Assembly (NCBI RefSeq): GCF_002310835.1 | Contig: NZ_CP011042.1 | Span: 270,001 to 302,000, forward strand | Direction: 5' to 3' | Source of the DNA: Pseudoalteromonas tetraodonis | GTDB lineage: Bacteria > Pseudomonadota > Gammaproteobacteria > Enterobacterales > Alteromonadaceae | Length of the DNA: 32,000 nt | In this document: piece by piece, positions 1 through 9,400 of the stretch | Numbering within the stretch: the stretch's first letter is position 1 | How the letters are laid out: each line of letters begins with the position of its first letter | Notes under the pieces: generated by a model | What the model was told of the DNA's origin: nothing | The model's input: the letters and a program-made list of their open reading frames with translations, nothing else | Database searches by the model: none | Position numbers and translations under genes: made by a program

Positions 1-1
1 A

Positions 2-1294
2 GCGCAAGTTTTAATGTTAAATCGTGAGCAAAAAACCGGTTTAGATCATAGCGAACAATTATCAGCACTTAAATCTGAACTAGTTGAGATTGAACAGCAA
101 CTTGAACCATTAAATGAGCAGTTCAACGTTGAAAAAGGCATCGTTGCAGAATTAAACCAAGCGCTTGAATCGATTAACACCAACGATGCAGACTCTTCTG
201 CTGAAGTACTTGAGCAGTTAAAAGAAAGTAAGCTTAAGCTAGCCTCGTACGAACATAACATGGTGCATTGGCAAGTTGATGAAGAGCTGATTGCACAGGT
301 TATTTCTGATTGGACTGGTATTCCTGTTGGTAAAATGCATGAAGATGAAATTCATGGCATTTTAAATTTAGCTGCGCAAATGAAACAACGCGTAGTTGGC
401 CAAGATCATGCGCTTGAACTCATGGCTAAAGTAGTACAAACCTCTCGTGCTCAGCTTGCAGATGAAAGTCGCCCTAATGGTATATTTATGCTGGCAGGCC
501 CAAGCGGAGTGGGTAAAACAGAGACCGCGCTTTCACTAGCACAAGAAGTATATGGCAGTGAAGATAACGTAACAGTTATTAATATGTCTGAGTTTAAAGA
601 AGAGCATAAAGTGTCATTACTACTTGGCTCACCTCCAGGTTATGTTGGTTATGGCGAAGGCGGTATTTTAACCGAAGCAGTAAGAAGAAAACCATATAGT
701 GTGGTGCTGCTAGATGAAATGGAAAAAGCCCATCCAGGCGTGCAAGATATTTTCTATCAAGTATTCGATAAAGGCACCATAAAAGACGGTGAAGGCCGAG
801 ATATCGACTTTAAAAATACCATCATTATTATGACCTCAAATGTGGGTACTGATACCACAATGAGCTTATTTGAAGATGAAGAAAGTAAGCCAAGTATTAA
901 AGGCTTATTAAAAGCATTACAAGATGATTTATTAGGGGCATTTAAGCCTGCATTTTTAGGACGAATTAACGTTATTCCATATATTCCGTTAAGTGATGAA
1001 ATTCTTACCCAGATTGCTGCGTTGCAAATTAGTAAAATAATTAAGCGTGTTAAAAAGCACTATGATGCGCAATTAACGTATAACGATGATGTGATTGAGC
1101 ACATTATTGCAAATTGTCAAAATGCCGGATCGGGTGCACGAAATATTCACACCATATTACAGAATAAAGTACTACCTCTATTGTCTGAGATCTTGCTTTC
1201 AAGCATGGTTGAAGGTGAAAAAGTAACATCTATCTCATTGTTAATTAAAGATAATGAGTTCGATGTTGAATTAACTAAAGTTAATTCAAAATAA
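2..1294 (+). CDS. tssH: ClpV/TssH-type Clp/Hsp100 AAA+ ATPase, C-terminal part (5' end outside window)
   Basis: The reading frame is open to the window edge. Motifs of the second Clp nucleotide-binding domain are present: Walker A GPSGVGKT, Walker B VVLLDEMEKAH, GSPPGYVGY and GARNI. It lies directly upstream of hcp-vgrG, which favours ClpV over ClpB. Confidence 0.85.
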   Translation, partial: AQVLMLNREQKTGLDHSEQLSALKSELVEIEQQLEPLNEQFNVEKGIVAELNQALESINTNDADSSAEVLEQLKESKLKLASYEHNMVHWQVDEELIAQVISDWTGIPVGKMHEDEIHGILNLAAQMKQRVVGQDHALELMAKVVQTSRAQLADESRPNGIFMLAGPSGVGKTETALSLAQEVYGSEDNVTVINMSEFKEEHKVSLLLGSPPGYVGYGEGGILTEAVRRKPYSVVLLDEMEKAHPGVQDIFYQVFDKGTIKDGEGRDIDFKNTIIIMTSNVGTDTTMSLFEDEESKPSIKGLLKALQDDLLGAFKPAFLGRINVIPYIPLSDEILTQIAALQISKIIKRVKKHYDAQLTYNDDVIEHIIANCQNAGSGARNIHTILQNKVLPLLSEILLSSMVEGEKVTSISLLIKDNEFDVELTKVNSK

Positions 1295-1514
1295 CTTGTT
1301 TTTAAGGTTGTTTCTTTAGTTTTAGGGCATTATAATTCGTGTGTCTTATATAGAAACAAGGAATTTTTGAGACATTGTCTTCATCTAGGGAAAGGAATTC
1401 TGAAGACCTTTTCATTGCTGTTTTAAAGATAATGATTTCAAGGAATTTTGGGTAACCAAAGTAAACGAATCCACATAATGGATAATATTGTTTAATAAAA
1501 AGGAGCATTATCAA

Positions 1515-1994
1515 ATGCAAGCAAATACATATTTAAAATACGGTTCAATCAAAGGCGAAACTACTGCTGAGTCTTTCAAAGATTTAATTACAGTTTTATC
1601 TTTAGATTGGAACGTTAGCCGTGAAATTAGCGCAGCGACTGGTACGGCGATGGATCGTGAATCTAGCTCTACTCGTTTAGGCGATGTGACTATTACTAAA
1701 CTTCAAGATAAAGCATCTCCGGATCTTTTCAAAGAAGCAACTATTGGTAAAGGTCTACCTGCTGTTTTCCATATCACTAAACAAGGTGATAAAGTTGAAG
1801 AAATCATGAAAATCGAACTTACAGATGCCATGATCTCTAGCTACTCAGTATCAGTTCAAAACGACCGTCCAATTGAAACAATCACTATCAGCTACACTGA
1901 AATGATGATGACTGTTACACCTACTGACGACCAAAACAACATCACTGCACCACTTGTATATGGTTACAGCGGTGTTAAAGGTCAACAAATGTAA
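1515..1994 (+). CDS. hcp: Hcp (TssD) T6SS inner tube protein
   Basis: The ATG at 1515 is preceded by AGGAG at 1501-1505. The 159-aa product has an Hcp-like N-terminus (YLKYGSIKGETT...VLSLDWNVS). It sits between clpV and vgrG. The upstream start at 1488 in the ORF track has no RBS. Confidence 0.85.
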   Translation: MQANTYLKYGSIKGETTAESFKDLITVLSLDWNVSREISAATGTAMDRESSSTRLGDVTITKLQDKASPDLFKEATIGKGLPAVFHITKQGDKVEEIMKIELTDAMISSYSVSVQNDRPIETITISYTEMMMTVTPTDDQNNITAPLVYGYSGVKGQQM

Positions 1995-2012
1995 TATTTG
2001 TTACCCGATTGT

Positions 2013-2041
2013 AGCTCTGGGCTTTGCCCAGGGCTTTTTTT
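2013..2041 (+). terminator. Rho-independent terminator/attenuator after hcp
   Basis: A 10-bp stem pairs agctctgggc (2013-2022) with gcccagggct (2026-2035), with one G-U pair and a 3-nt loop. A T6 run follows at 2036-2041. Confidence 0.75.
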
Positions 2042-2067
2042 GATCTTCAGGATGGGAAAAGCAAGGA

Positions 2068-3921
2068 ATGCAAAAAGCAACACAAGATAAAAACGTAATT
2101 CAAATTAGTACTCCTGTTGGTAAAGATGCCCTTTATTTAACACGCTTCGTTGCTCAAGAAGCCATGTCAGATTTGTTTGTTATGTCGGTCAATATGTATA
2201 CCATAGGCCAACAAATTGCACATGAAGATCTGGTTGGCAAGCCTGTTTCTATCAAGGTAAAAAATGCCGAGGGTGGGGGAGAGCGTTTTTATCACGGTAT
2301 CGTGAGTCAGCTTGTTTCTAACGGAAGCCGTACGGCGGATGTTGATGAGCAAAAAAATTACATTGATTATCAAGCTACCATTGTGCCTTTTGCCGCTTCT
2401 ATGCGTAATCGTAAAAACAGTCGCATTTTCCAAAAGAAAACAATTAAAGATATATTCGCTGATTTGTTTGGCCAACACAATGTGGCTTTTTCAGATAAAA
2501 CCAGTAAAACCTACCCCAAATACGAATACTGTGTGCAATACCAAGAGTCAGATTTTGACTTTATCCAACGCTTATTACAAAGTGAGGGGATTTTTTACTT
2601 CTTTGAGCATACAAAAAGTAATCATACATTAGTTTTAGCAGATGATATTACCGCATATGAAATGTGTGGTGAGGCTAAAGTTGTTCATTCAACTGGCCAT
2701 TTAAGTGAGTCTCATGTTTCGCGTTGGCAGGGCGGATTAAGCTTAGCGCCAGGTAGTTTCAAACGTTTGGGCTACGATTTTAAACAGCCATCACGTTACC
2801 CTGATGCAGAGCAAGCAAACGCAGAATTACCGACCCAATCGGTATCAGAAATTTTTGAATATACAGCTGAAGCAGAGTGTCATCCCCGCGCGGCTAATTT
2901 GGCATCAGTTCAACTAGAGTCACTGCAAAGAGACATGAAGCTCTCGAGCGGGCGCAGTGACTGCCGCTCATTCTCTGTTGGTAAACTGTTTAGTTTCAAA
3001 AAACATGAAGACCCACGCCTTGAAGGTAAAACCTTTGCTATCACCTCGATGATGACGTCGATTGTGGTACCAAACCAATCAGGCGCTGCACAAGCATCGA
3101 GTGAAGAAGTGTATTCTAACCACTTTGAATGTGTGCCAAAAGACATTCCATACAGAGCGCAAGTGAGCAAAAAGAAACCGGTTATCAACGGCGTACAAAC
3201 AGCCATAGTAACGGGTGATAGCGCCGATGAAATTATGATTGACCAATATGGCCGCGTTAAGGTGCAATTTGATTGGGATCGTGAAGGTAAAAAAGACTCT
3301 AAAAGTTCATGCTGGATCCGAGTTGCACAAAATTGGGCTGGCAAAAAGTGGGGCGCCTTTTTCTTTCCCCGCGTAGGTCAAGAAGTTCTGGTTGATTTTA
3401 TTAATGGCGACCCAGATCAACCTATTATAAGCGGTGCTGTTTATAATGCAGACCTAATGCCTCCGTACGCATTACCTGGTGAAAAAACGCAAAGTGGTAT
3501 TAAGACTCGCTCAACTAAAGAAGGTGGAGCAGATAACTTTAATGAGCTGCGCTTTGAGGATAAAAAAGGCAGCGAGCTTGTGTATATGCAAGCCGAAAAA
3601 GATAAACAGCTTTACGTTAAAAACGATCAAAACGAAAAAATAGATAACGACCGTAATGTTGAAATCCTCAATAACGATAATCTCAAAGTCACAGCTAACC
3701 GTGTTGCTGAAATGGGTGAAAATGACACCTTAAAAGTCGGTAAAACACTTAATATTGAAGCGGGTGACGAAATAGTGATAAAAACAGGCTCTGCGCAAAT
3801 TAAAATGAGCAGTAGTGGCAATATTACTATTGAAGGTACAAACATTGATATTAAAGGCAGTAATGTAAAAGTAGATGGCAGTGCCATTACCTTATCTGCT
3901 GGTGTAATTAAGTTAAATTAA
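2068..3921 (+). CDS. vgrG: VgrG (TssI) spike protein, no C-terminal effector extension
   Basis: 617 aa. It carries the hallmark gp5-OB motif PRVGQEVLVDFINGDPDQPIISGAVYNA, followed by a beta-helix-like repetitive tail (NVEILNNDNLKV...GSNVKVDGSAITL). An RBS (aagga) precedes the ATG. Confidence 0.92.
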   Translation: MQKATQDKNVIQISTPVGKDALYLTRFVAQEAMSDLFVMSVNMYTIGQQIAHEDLVGKPVSIKVKNAEGGGERFYHGIVSQLVSNGSRTADVDEQKNYIDYQATIVPFAASMRNRKNSRIFQKKTIKDIFADLFGQHNVAFSDKTSKTYPKYEYCVQYQESDFDFIQRLLQSEGIFYFFEHTKSNHTLVLADDITAYEMCGEAKVVHSTGHLSESHVSRWQGGLSLAPGSFKRLGYDFKQPSRYPDAEQANAELPTQSVSEIFEYTAEAECHPRAANLASVQLESLQRDMKLSSGRSDCRSFSVGKLFSFKKHEDPRLEGKTFAITSMMTSIVVPNQSGAAQASSEEVYSNHFECVPKDIPYRAQVSKKKPVINGVQTAIVTGDSADEIMIDQYGRVKVQFDWDREGKKDSKSSCWIRVAQNWAGKKWGAFFFPRVGQEVLVDFINGDPDQPIISGAVYNADLMPPYALPGEKTQSGIKTRSTKEGGADNFNELRFEDKKGSELVYMQAEKDKQLYVKNDQNEKIDNDRNVEILNNDNLKVTANRVAEMGENDTLKVGKTLNIEAGDEIVIKTGSAQIKMSSSGNITIEGTNIDIKGSNVKVDGSAITLSAGVIKLN

Positions 3922-4280
3922 TGATGGAAATAGTCAATAACTTTCAATCAGGATTTAGAAACGGCATTGCAAATAACGGGCACGTTGTTTACTGCCGTTA
4001 TGGTTTACCGCATTTAGTGTGTTTACCGATAAACAGGCCAGACGATCCATTACTAAGCCCGGCTTTAAGTCATTTAAAAGCCATGAATGGCTATTATGCA
4101 CAGCAGTTTTTTATTCATTTAAGTGATGCACTTAATAGTGAAAATGTAATTTCAAACTTATATCAATATGCAACTCAAAGCGCTGTGGCACTTTCTGATC
4201 ACAGTAAAGATGAGTTAATTGAAGAAATTTCGCTACTGGTAACCAGTAACAAGCTATTAGTTATCCCGCTTTATGAATAG
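3921..4280 (+). CDS. Hypothetical 119-aa protein translationally coupled to vgrG (candidate spike-associated adaptor)
   Basis: Its ATG overlaps the vgrG stop (TAATG at 3919-3923). I recognise no motif. It is not PAAR-like. Confidence 0.6.
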   Translation: MMEIVNNFQSGFRNGIANNGHVVYCRYGLPHLVCLPINRPDDPLLSPALSHLKAMNGYYAQQFFIHLSDALNSENVISNLYQYATQSAVALSDHSKDELIEEISLLVTSNKLLVIPLYE

Positions 4281-4318
4281 CATTTCATAAACCAACAAAG
4301 ACACGACAAGGAGTCAAA

Positions 4319-4609
4319 ATGGGTAAACCCGCTGCTACAATTGGTCATATGCATGTATGCCCTAAAGTGACCGCTAAAGTTCCACATGTGGGTGGACCTA
4401 TAGTTGCTGGCTCTGGCAATGTGTTAATAGGTGGCATGCCCGCTGCCCGCAAAGGCGATATGATAGTGTGTGTTGGCCCGCCAGACAGCGTAAAAACAGG
4501 CTCGGGTAGTGTTCAAATTAATGGTAAACCTGCCGCCAGAATGGGCGATGATAGTGGCCACGGCGGAAAAATCGTTGTGGGCAACCCAACCGTGTTAATT
4601 GGTGGTTAA
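4319..4609 (+). CDS. Stand-alone PAAR-domain spike-tip protein
   Basis: 96 aa with two literal PAAR motifs (GGMPAARKGD, NGKPAARMGD) and a Gly-rich beta pattern. A strong RBS (aaggag, 4308-4313) precedes it. Confidence 0.92.
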   Translation: MGKPAATIGHMHVCPKVTAKVPHVGGPIVAGSGNVLIGGMPAARKGDMIVCVGPPDSVKTGSGSVQINGKPAARMGDDSGHGGKIVVGNPTVLIGG

Positions 4610-4611
4610 CT

Positions 4612-5637
4612 TTGCTAGCGACCTATTTAAGTGATCATCAAGCACAATTACTACAAATTAGTAACGCTCAACTGTGCCCGTTTACGTGTGTAGGTCATGT
4701 TCGCTATTTAAGAAAAACGCTATTAGAAAGCTGTTGGTTAACGGCAAAAAACAATAATCAAAAAAATAACTTTGAATTGCCCACCACTGAGCAACTAGTC
4801 GAAATAATAACTAACACCAAAAACGATGAATTAGTTGCCCAAGCATGTATTGAAGTTATGGCTAACTTGCCACAAAATAAAAATATTATATTTATAAATG
4901 AATTACTTAATGAGCCAGCGCTGAGTGCTTTTTTTAAAATCATTATAAATAAAGTCGTTATCCAACAGCATAGCTTTAACTTAATTCGGCTACTAAATTT
5001 AAACACCTTGTTTTTTGCTTACAGTGCTGAGGAAGAGATTGCCCCGCAAACACTGGTCACTATAAATCAAATTACCAGCCTTGCGCAGCACCACGATAGA
5101 CAGATATTAACGGCTATTTTTGATGCATTAAGTGAGCAAGCCCATCTATCACCCTTAATGTCGTTATTTTTGTTGTCGTTAAATTTTGAGCAAGTAAACA
5201 GCTTAAGTAATCATGCCAGTAATACCTTATCGGTTGATCACACATTGCATATTTTATTACAAAGCGGTTTTGTAAAACTAATTGTTTTGGCTAATTCTTT
5301 ATTACAACAGGTAGAGCAACCCGCGTTAATTATTGCGCTAATAAGACGCATGTTAGGTGATAAACTCGATCAGCTAGTGGAGTACGATATCCAGCGACTC
5401 GCTTGGCAAGGTGATGAAAGCGCGCTAATAGATTTTCAGCAGCAGTTAAAACATAACTGGCCTAAATATGAAACCGCCATGTCGAGTTTACGACTGATTG
5501 CAGGGCACCCTCTTGATGAAGTGCCTAATGCCATTTATTTATCGGCCATGGATAGCTATAGCCAAGGGGTGTTTAATTTATATCGCTATTATCAACATCT
5601 CGCTGCCAATAAAACTCAGGACGAGGTGGCACCATGA
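4612..5637 (+). CDS. Hypothetical 341-aa Leu/Asn/Gln-rich (probably all-helical) protein; candidate effector chaperone/adaptor
   Basis: A TTG start lies 2 nt after the PAAR stop, with GGTGG 7 nt upstream. The next in-frame Met is about 80 codons downstream. I see no DUF4123-, EagR- or DUF2169-type motif. Confidence 0.6.
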   Translation: MLATYLSDHQAQLLQISNAQLCPFTCVGHVRYLRKTLLESCWLTAKNNNQKNNFELPTTEQLVEIITNTKNDELVAQACIEVMANLPQNKNIIFINELLNEPALSAFFKIIINKVVIQQHSFNLIRLLNLNTLFFAYSAEEEIAPQTLVTINQITSLAQHHDRQILTAIFDALSEQAHLSPLMSLFLLSLNFEQVNSLSNHASNTLSVDHTLHILLQSGFVKLIVLANSLLQQVEQPALIIALIRRMLGDKLDQLVEYDIQRLAWQGDESALIDFQQQLKHNWPKYETAMSSLRLIAGHPLDEVPNAIYLSAMDSYSQGVFNLYRYYQHLAANKTQDEVAP

Positions 5638-6479
5638 GTGCATTTTCAATCGAGATGACATGCTTTTCTGTCCCAAATATTAGCAGCGTAGACACATTAT
5701 TATTTGACGATAACAGTGCTGTTTTTAATGAGTTGCAATGGCAGTCTTGGGATGCATGTGTTTACGATTGCATAATTAAATCTAAAGAATTAATGGCAGA
5801 AGTCACAGACAGCACATTGCCGATGATTTGGTTACTACCGGCATTATCATTTCAAGATGAGCTAAAACAGTTATTAGCTCAAAGCTTACAACAGTTATAC
5901 CCCGATCATAGCAACGAGCTGATTTTTCATGGAACAACAGGTGCACACTCTGCTATAGCTTTGGCTGGTGAAAAAAAATGGCAAAAATTTAATGTAATTG
6001 CTTTAGATGCAACTTTTAAAGCAAATAAACAGCAACAGTTTGTATATCAAGGTGTAGGTGGTGCGTTGGCTGTAGTTGAAATGGTGCCTTGCGGGTGGTC
6101 GCAGGTAAGCCATGAGATTGCAGCATCTATTGATTTTAGCAAACATAATCAGCTAGCAGGTATGCTTACGCGATTAGCTGAACAAACAGAGAATAAGATT
6201 GATCTAATTTTTGCACCGGGAAATGGGGTAGATGATGATAGTTGGCTAAACAATTTACAGCTACTTACTAGCTTAATTGATGAGCACACATATTACGAAC
6301 TACCCAATTATAAATTAGGGAAAATAGGCGCACTAGAAGGGTTAGTTAATTTGTACCAATTAACCACAAGCCCTGCAATTGTTGAGCATTTTAGTTATGC
6401 ATTAATGCTCTCCCAAGAGCAAGCTAAGCATCAAGGTGCAGCATCATACTTATGGATAAGTGAGGAAGTAGACAGCTAA
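5634..6479 (+). CDS. Hypothetical 281-aa protein; candidate effector chaperone/adaptor
   Basis: An ATGA start/stop overlap joins it to the upstream gene, and a TAATG overlap joins it to rhs downstream. No signal peptide and no recognised motif. Confidence 0.6.
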   Translation: MSAFSIEMTCFSVPNISSVDTLLFDDNSAVFNELQWQSWDACVYDCIIKSKELMAEVTDSTLPMIWLLPALSFQDELKQLLAQSLQQLYPDHSNELIFHGTTGAHSAIALAGEKKWQKFNVIALDATFKANKQQQFVYQGVGGALAVVEMVPCGWSQVSHEIAASIDFSKHNQLAGMLTRLAEQTENKIDLIFAPGNGVDDDSWLNNLQLLTSLIDEHTYYELPNYKLGKIGALEGLVNLYQLTTSPAIVEHFSYALMLSQEQAKHQGAASYLWISEEVDS

Positions 6480-9400
6480 TGCAAAGTAATACCGTTGTTT
6501 TACAAGGAATAAGTTACCCAATTTGCCTCGTCGCTGGTAAAGGTTCTGCGCCGTCGGGCTTTGTTGCTGTAGCAGCTAACACGCCTGAAAGTGCCAAAAA
6601 TCAAATTGCGCAAATAGGCAGTGCGCTTACTAGCGACGCCGCTAAACGTTTAGACGTTATTAACTTGCTTAACCTTGCAGGAGTGAGCTGTTCGCGCGGT
6701 GCGTCAGCCCGTGAAACCGCGAGTGTATTAACCCAAGCTTTGGTTGCAGATAAAATTAGTTGTTATCACCAAAAAGCTAAGTCGGCTATTCAAGTAAGCG
6801 ATAACACTAATAGCGGCGCAGCAGGTAAAAAGCCAAGTAGTAAGAGCAGTTCAACAGCCTCAGGTAAAAGTGCCTCTCAAGCGCCGGCTAAAAACAGTGG
6901 CGGTGCAAGTAATAATACCCCAAGTGAAGAACCTATCACCAAACAAGAGTGCCGCTCTGATCCAGTTTCTATGCTCTCGGGTGAAGAAATACTGCCGCTT
7001 ATTGATTTCACCTTAGCAGGTAGCAAACAATTAATTTGGCGACGCCTATACCGTTCATCGCATGCGGATGTATGCAGTGTAATGGGTAATGGTTGGCGAC
7101 ATGACTTTATGGTGCAGTTAACTGAGCATTACTTACCGCCACCTAAAGTAGGCCCAAAACAAAAAGGCACCTACTGGTTAGAATACCAAGATGAGCATGG
7201 CGCTAAACACCGCTTTGAAAAAGTAAAACCGGGGCAATCGAGCTATCAGCTAAGCAGTAATTTGGCGTTGCATTACCAAACTAATGGTAAGCAAGTATTG
7301 GTAACGCCAGATGATCAGCATCTTACGTTTAAAGCTGGCGAAAACTCATGGTTGCTCGAAAAAGTTATTAATGAAAAAGGCCAAAGTATTGGTTTTTATT
7401 ACGATGCGAAAGAGCGCTTGCATCGCGTTGAGGTTAATAAAGCACGCGGCTGTATTTTAAAATATAACCCGCAAGGGTTGCTGGCAAACATTTCGGCTTA
7501 TCGTACAGGTGATAACAACAAGCCAGTATTACTAACGCCGTTACTTGCGCAATATGATTATGATGAAAACAAAAATCTCGTTCGCGCGACCAATCAACAA
7601 GGTGAAACAGAGCATTATGGCTATAACGCCGCTAATTTATTAACTAAGCGTACCCGTGCCAGTGGTTTTAGCCATCACTTTGAATGGGATAGTTACTCAT
7701 CAAGTGCTAAGTGTATAAAACAATGGGGCGATAACAACACCTATACGTATCAGTTTGAATATAATTTAGACGCTGGTGAAACAACCTGTATAGACTCGCG
7801 TGGGCATAAAGAACACTTTGTACATAACGCGCAAGGTAAGTTAGTTAAGCACACCGATCCTAATGGTAATGTTTGGCACTACCGCTATAACGCACAAGGC
7901 CAAAAAATAACGGAAATAAAGCCAGACAGCAGTGAAATAAAATACAGTTATACCCCTTACGGTCAGTTAGAATCAATAACGCAGCCAGATGGCAGTGTCA
8001 CTAAATTTGCTTACAACCAATTGGGTCAGCGTGTATTAACCACCTTGCCTGATGGTCAAACAATAACCCGTAAATACAGTGTGGCGGGTTTGCTGCAAAG
8101 TGAAACCTTTGGCGACGGTCGCACCGTACTTTACAGCTATGACAAATTTGGCCAGCTAACCCAACACATAAATAAAGATGGTCAAGTCACTAAATTTGTA
8201 TGGAACGAGCAAGGCGAGCTTTTAGCCAAACACCATAACGATGAGCTCATTCGCTACAGCTACGACAGTTTAGGCCGTGTAAATGCCACCATTAATAACG
8301 CAGGTTTGCTGACTCAATATAAATACAATGAGCACGGCCAGCTTGCGCAAACTATTGCCTTTGACGAAAAAGACCCTGAAAATAAACAGCATCAACATTT
8401 TAGTTACGATGATGCAGGGCGGTTAATTAGCTCGCAAAACAGTAAGGGTGATACCACCGAGCAACACTTTGAAGGGCTAAGCCAGCCACATTGTGTTATT
8501 CAGCCCGATGGCAGTGCATTGCATTTAACTTACGATAAAGAGCGCAACCTAACCGCTATCGAACGTAGCGACGGCCATGTATACCGCATAAGTTATGACG
8601 CTAACGAAAACCCAACGCAAGTAACTGGATTTGATGGCACGCTACAGCAATATAAATACGATGCTTGCAACCGCTTAACCTCGGTTACACAAAGCGATAA
8701 ACGCCATGTAAAAATAGAGCGTGATAAATTAGGCCGCGTGATTGCGCAGCATGCCAGTTTGGCAACCGATACTCACATCGTTAATAACGCCAATTACTAC
8801 AGCTATAACCTGCAAGGTAAAATTACTCGTGCGCACAATGCACAATCAACCTTAAAGCAGCAGTTTGATAAAGGCGGGCGATTAGTACGTGCTGAGCAAG
8901 TACATAATCAGCAACAAGCCCATACCTTAAAATACAGTTACGACGACTACGGCAGAAGGCAATCACTGACCTTGCCAGATTCAAGCAAACTGAATTACAG
9001 TTATAATAAATTTGGTCAATTGAGTGGCATTCACTTACAGCAAGCCAATAGCACGGCTGTTGAACTTGCAGCGCTTAGCTATGACAGTCAAGGTAATATT
9101 CAAACGCAAAAGTTTGGTAATGACATAACCCTTACCCAACAATTTGATGTATTTAACCGCCTAACACAACAGCAGTTAACCCATCCTGCGCAAGCACTAT
9201 TTGATACCTGTACGTACATCTACGACAGCGTAAACCAGCTGATTGCGCGTAAAGAGGAAGGTGTTAGTAGTCATAATATTAATTTTGAGTACAACAGCCT
9301 AGGCCAGTTAATTCAACAAAATCTAGTAAGTTCTGAGAACACAAAAACCACGCAATACCAGTGGGATAGCTTTGGTAACCCAGTTAGCCAGTCAACGGTT

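Noticed and set aside
1325-1340. Sigma-54-like element GGGCAT-N5-TTCG upstream of hcp (T6SS hcp operons are often RpoN/VasH dependent)
   Set aside because: The invariant -12 GC is inverted (CG) and the -24 box matches only partly. This is too weak to call without conservation data.
1488-1514. Upstream ATG extension of hcp given in the ORF track
   Set aside because: The AGGAG at 1501-1505 is positioned for the ATG at 1515. The extension would add MFNKKEHYQ, which is not part of the Hcp fold.
1302-1520. 72-aa minus-strand ORF in the clpV-hcp intergenic region
   Set aside because: It lies in AT-rich leader DNA and has no RBS. Its composition is odd (Phe/Lys/Ile-rich), as expected from random AT-rich sequence, and it overlaps the hcp RBS and start.
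2167-3887. Several 60-144-aa ORFs, antisense or out of frame, inside vgrG (2167-2478, 2312-2632, 2910-3344, 3079-3267, 3627-3887)
   Set aside because: They are fully embedded in a confidently identified gene. Their composition is low-complexity or hydrophobic, typical of shadow frames.
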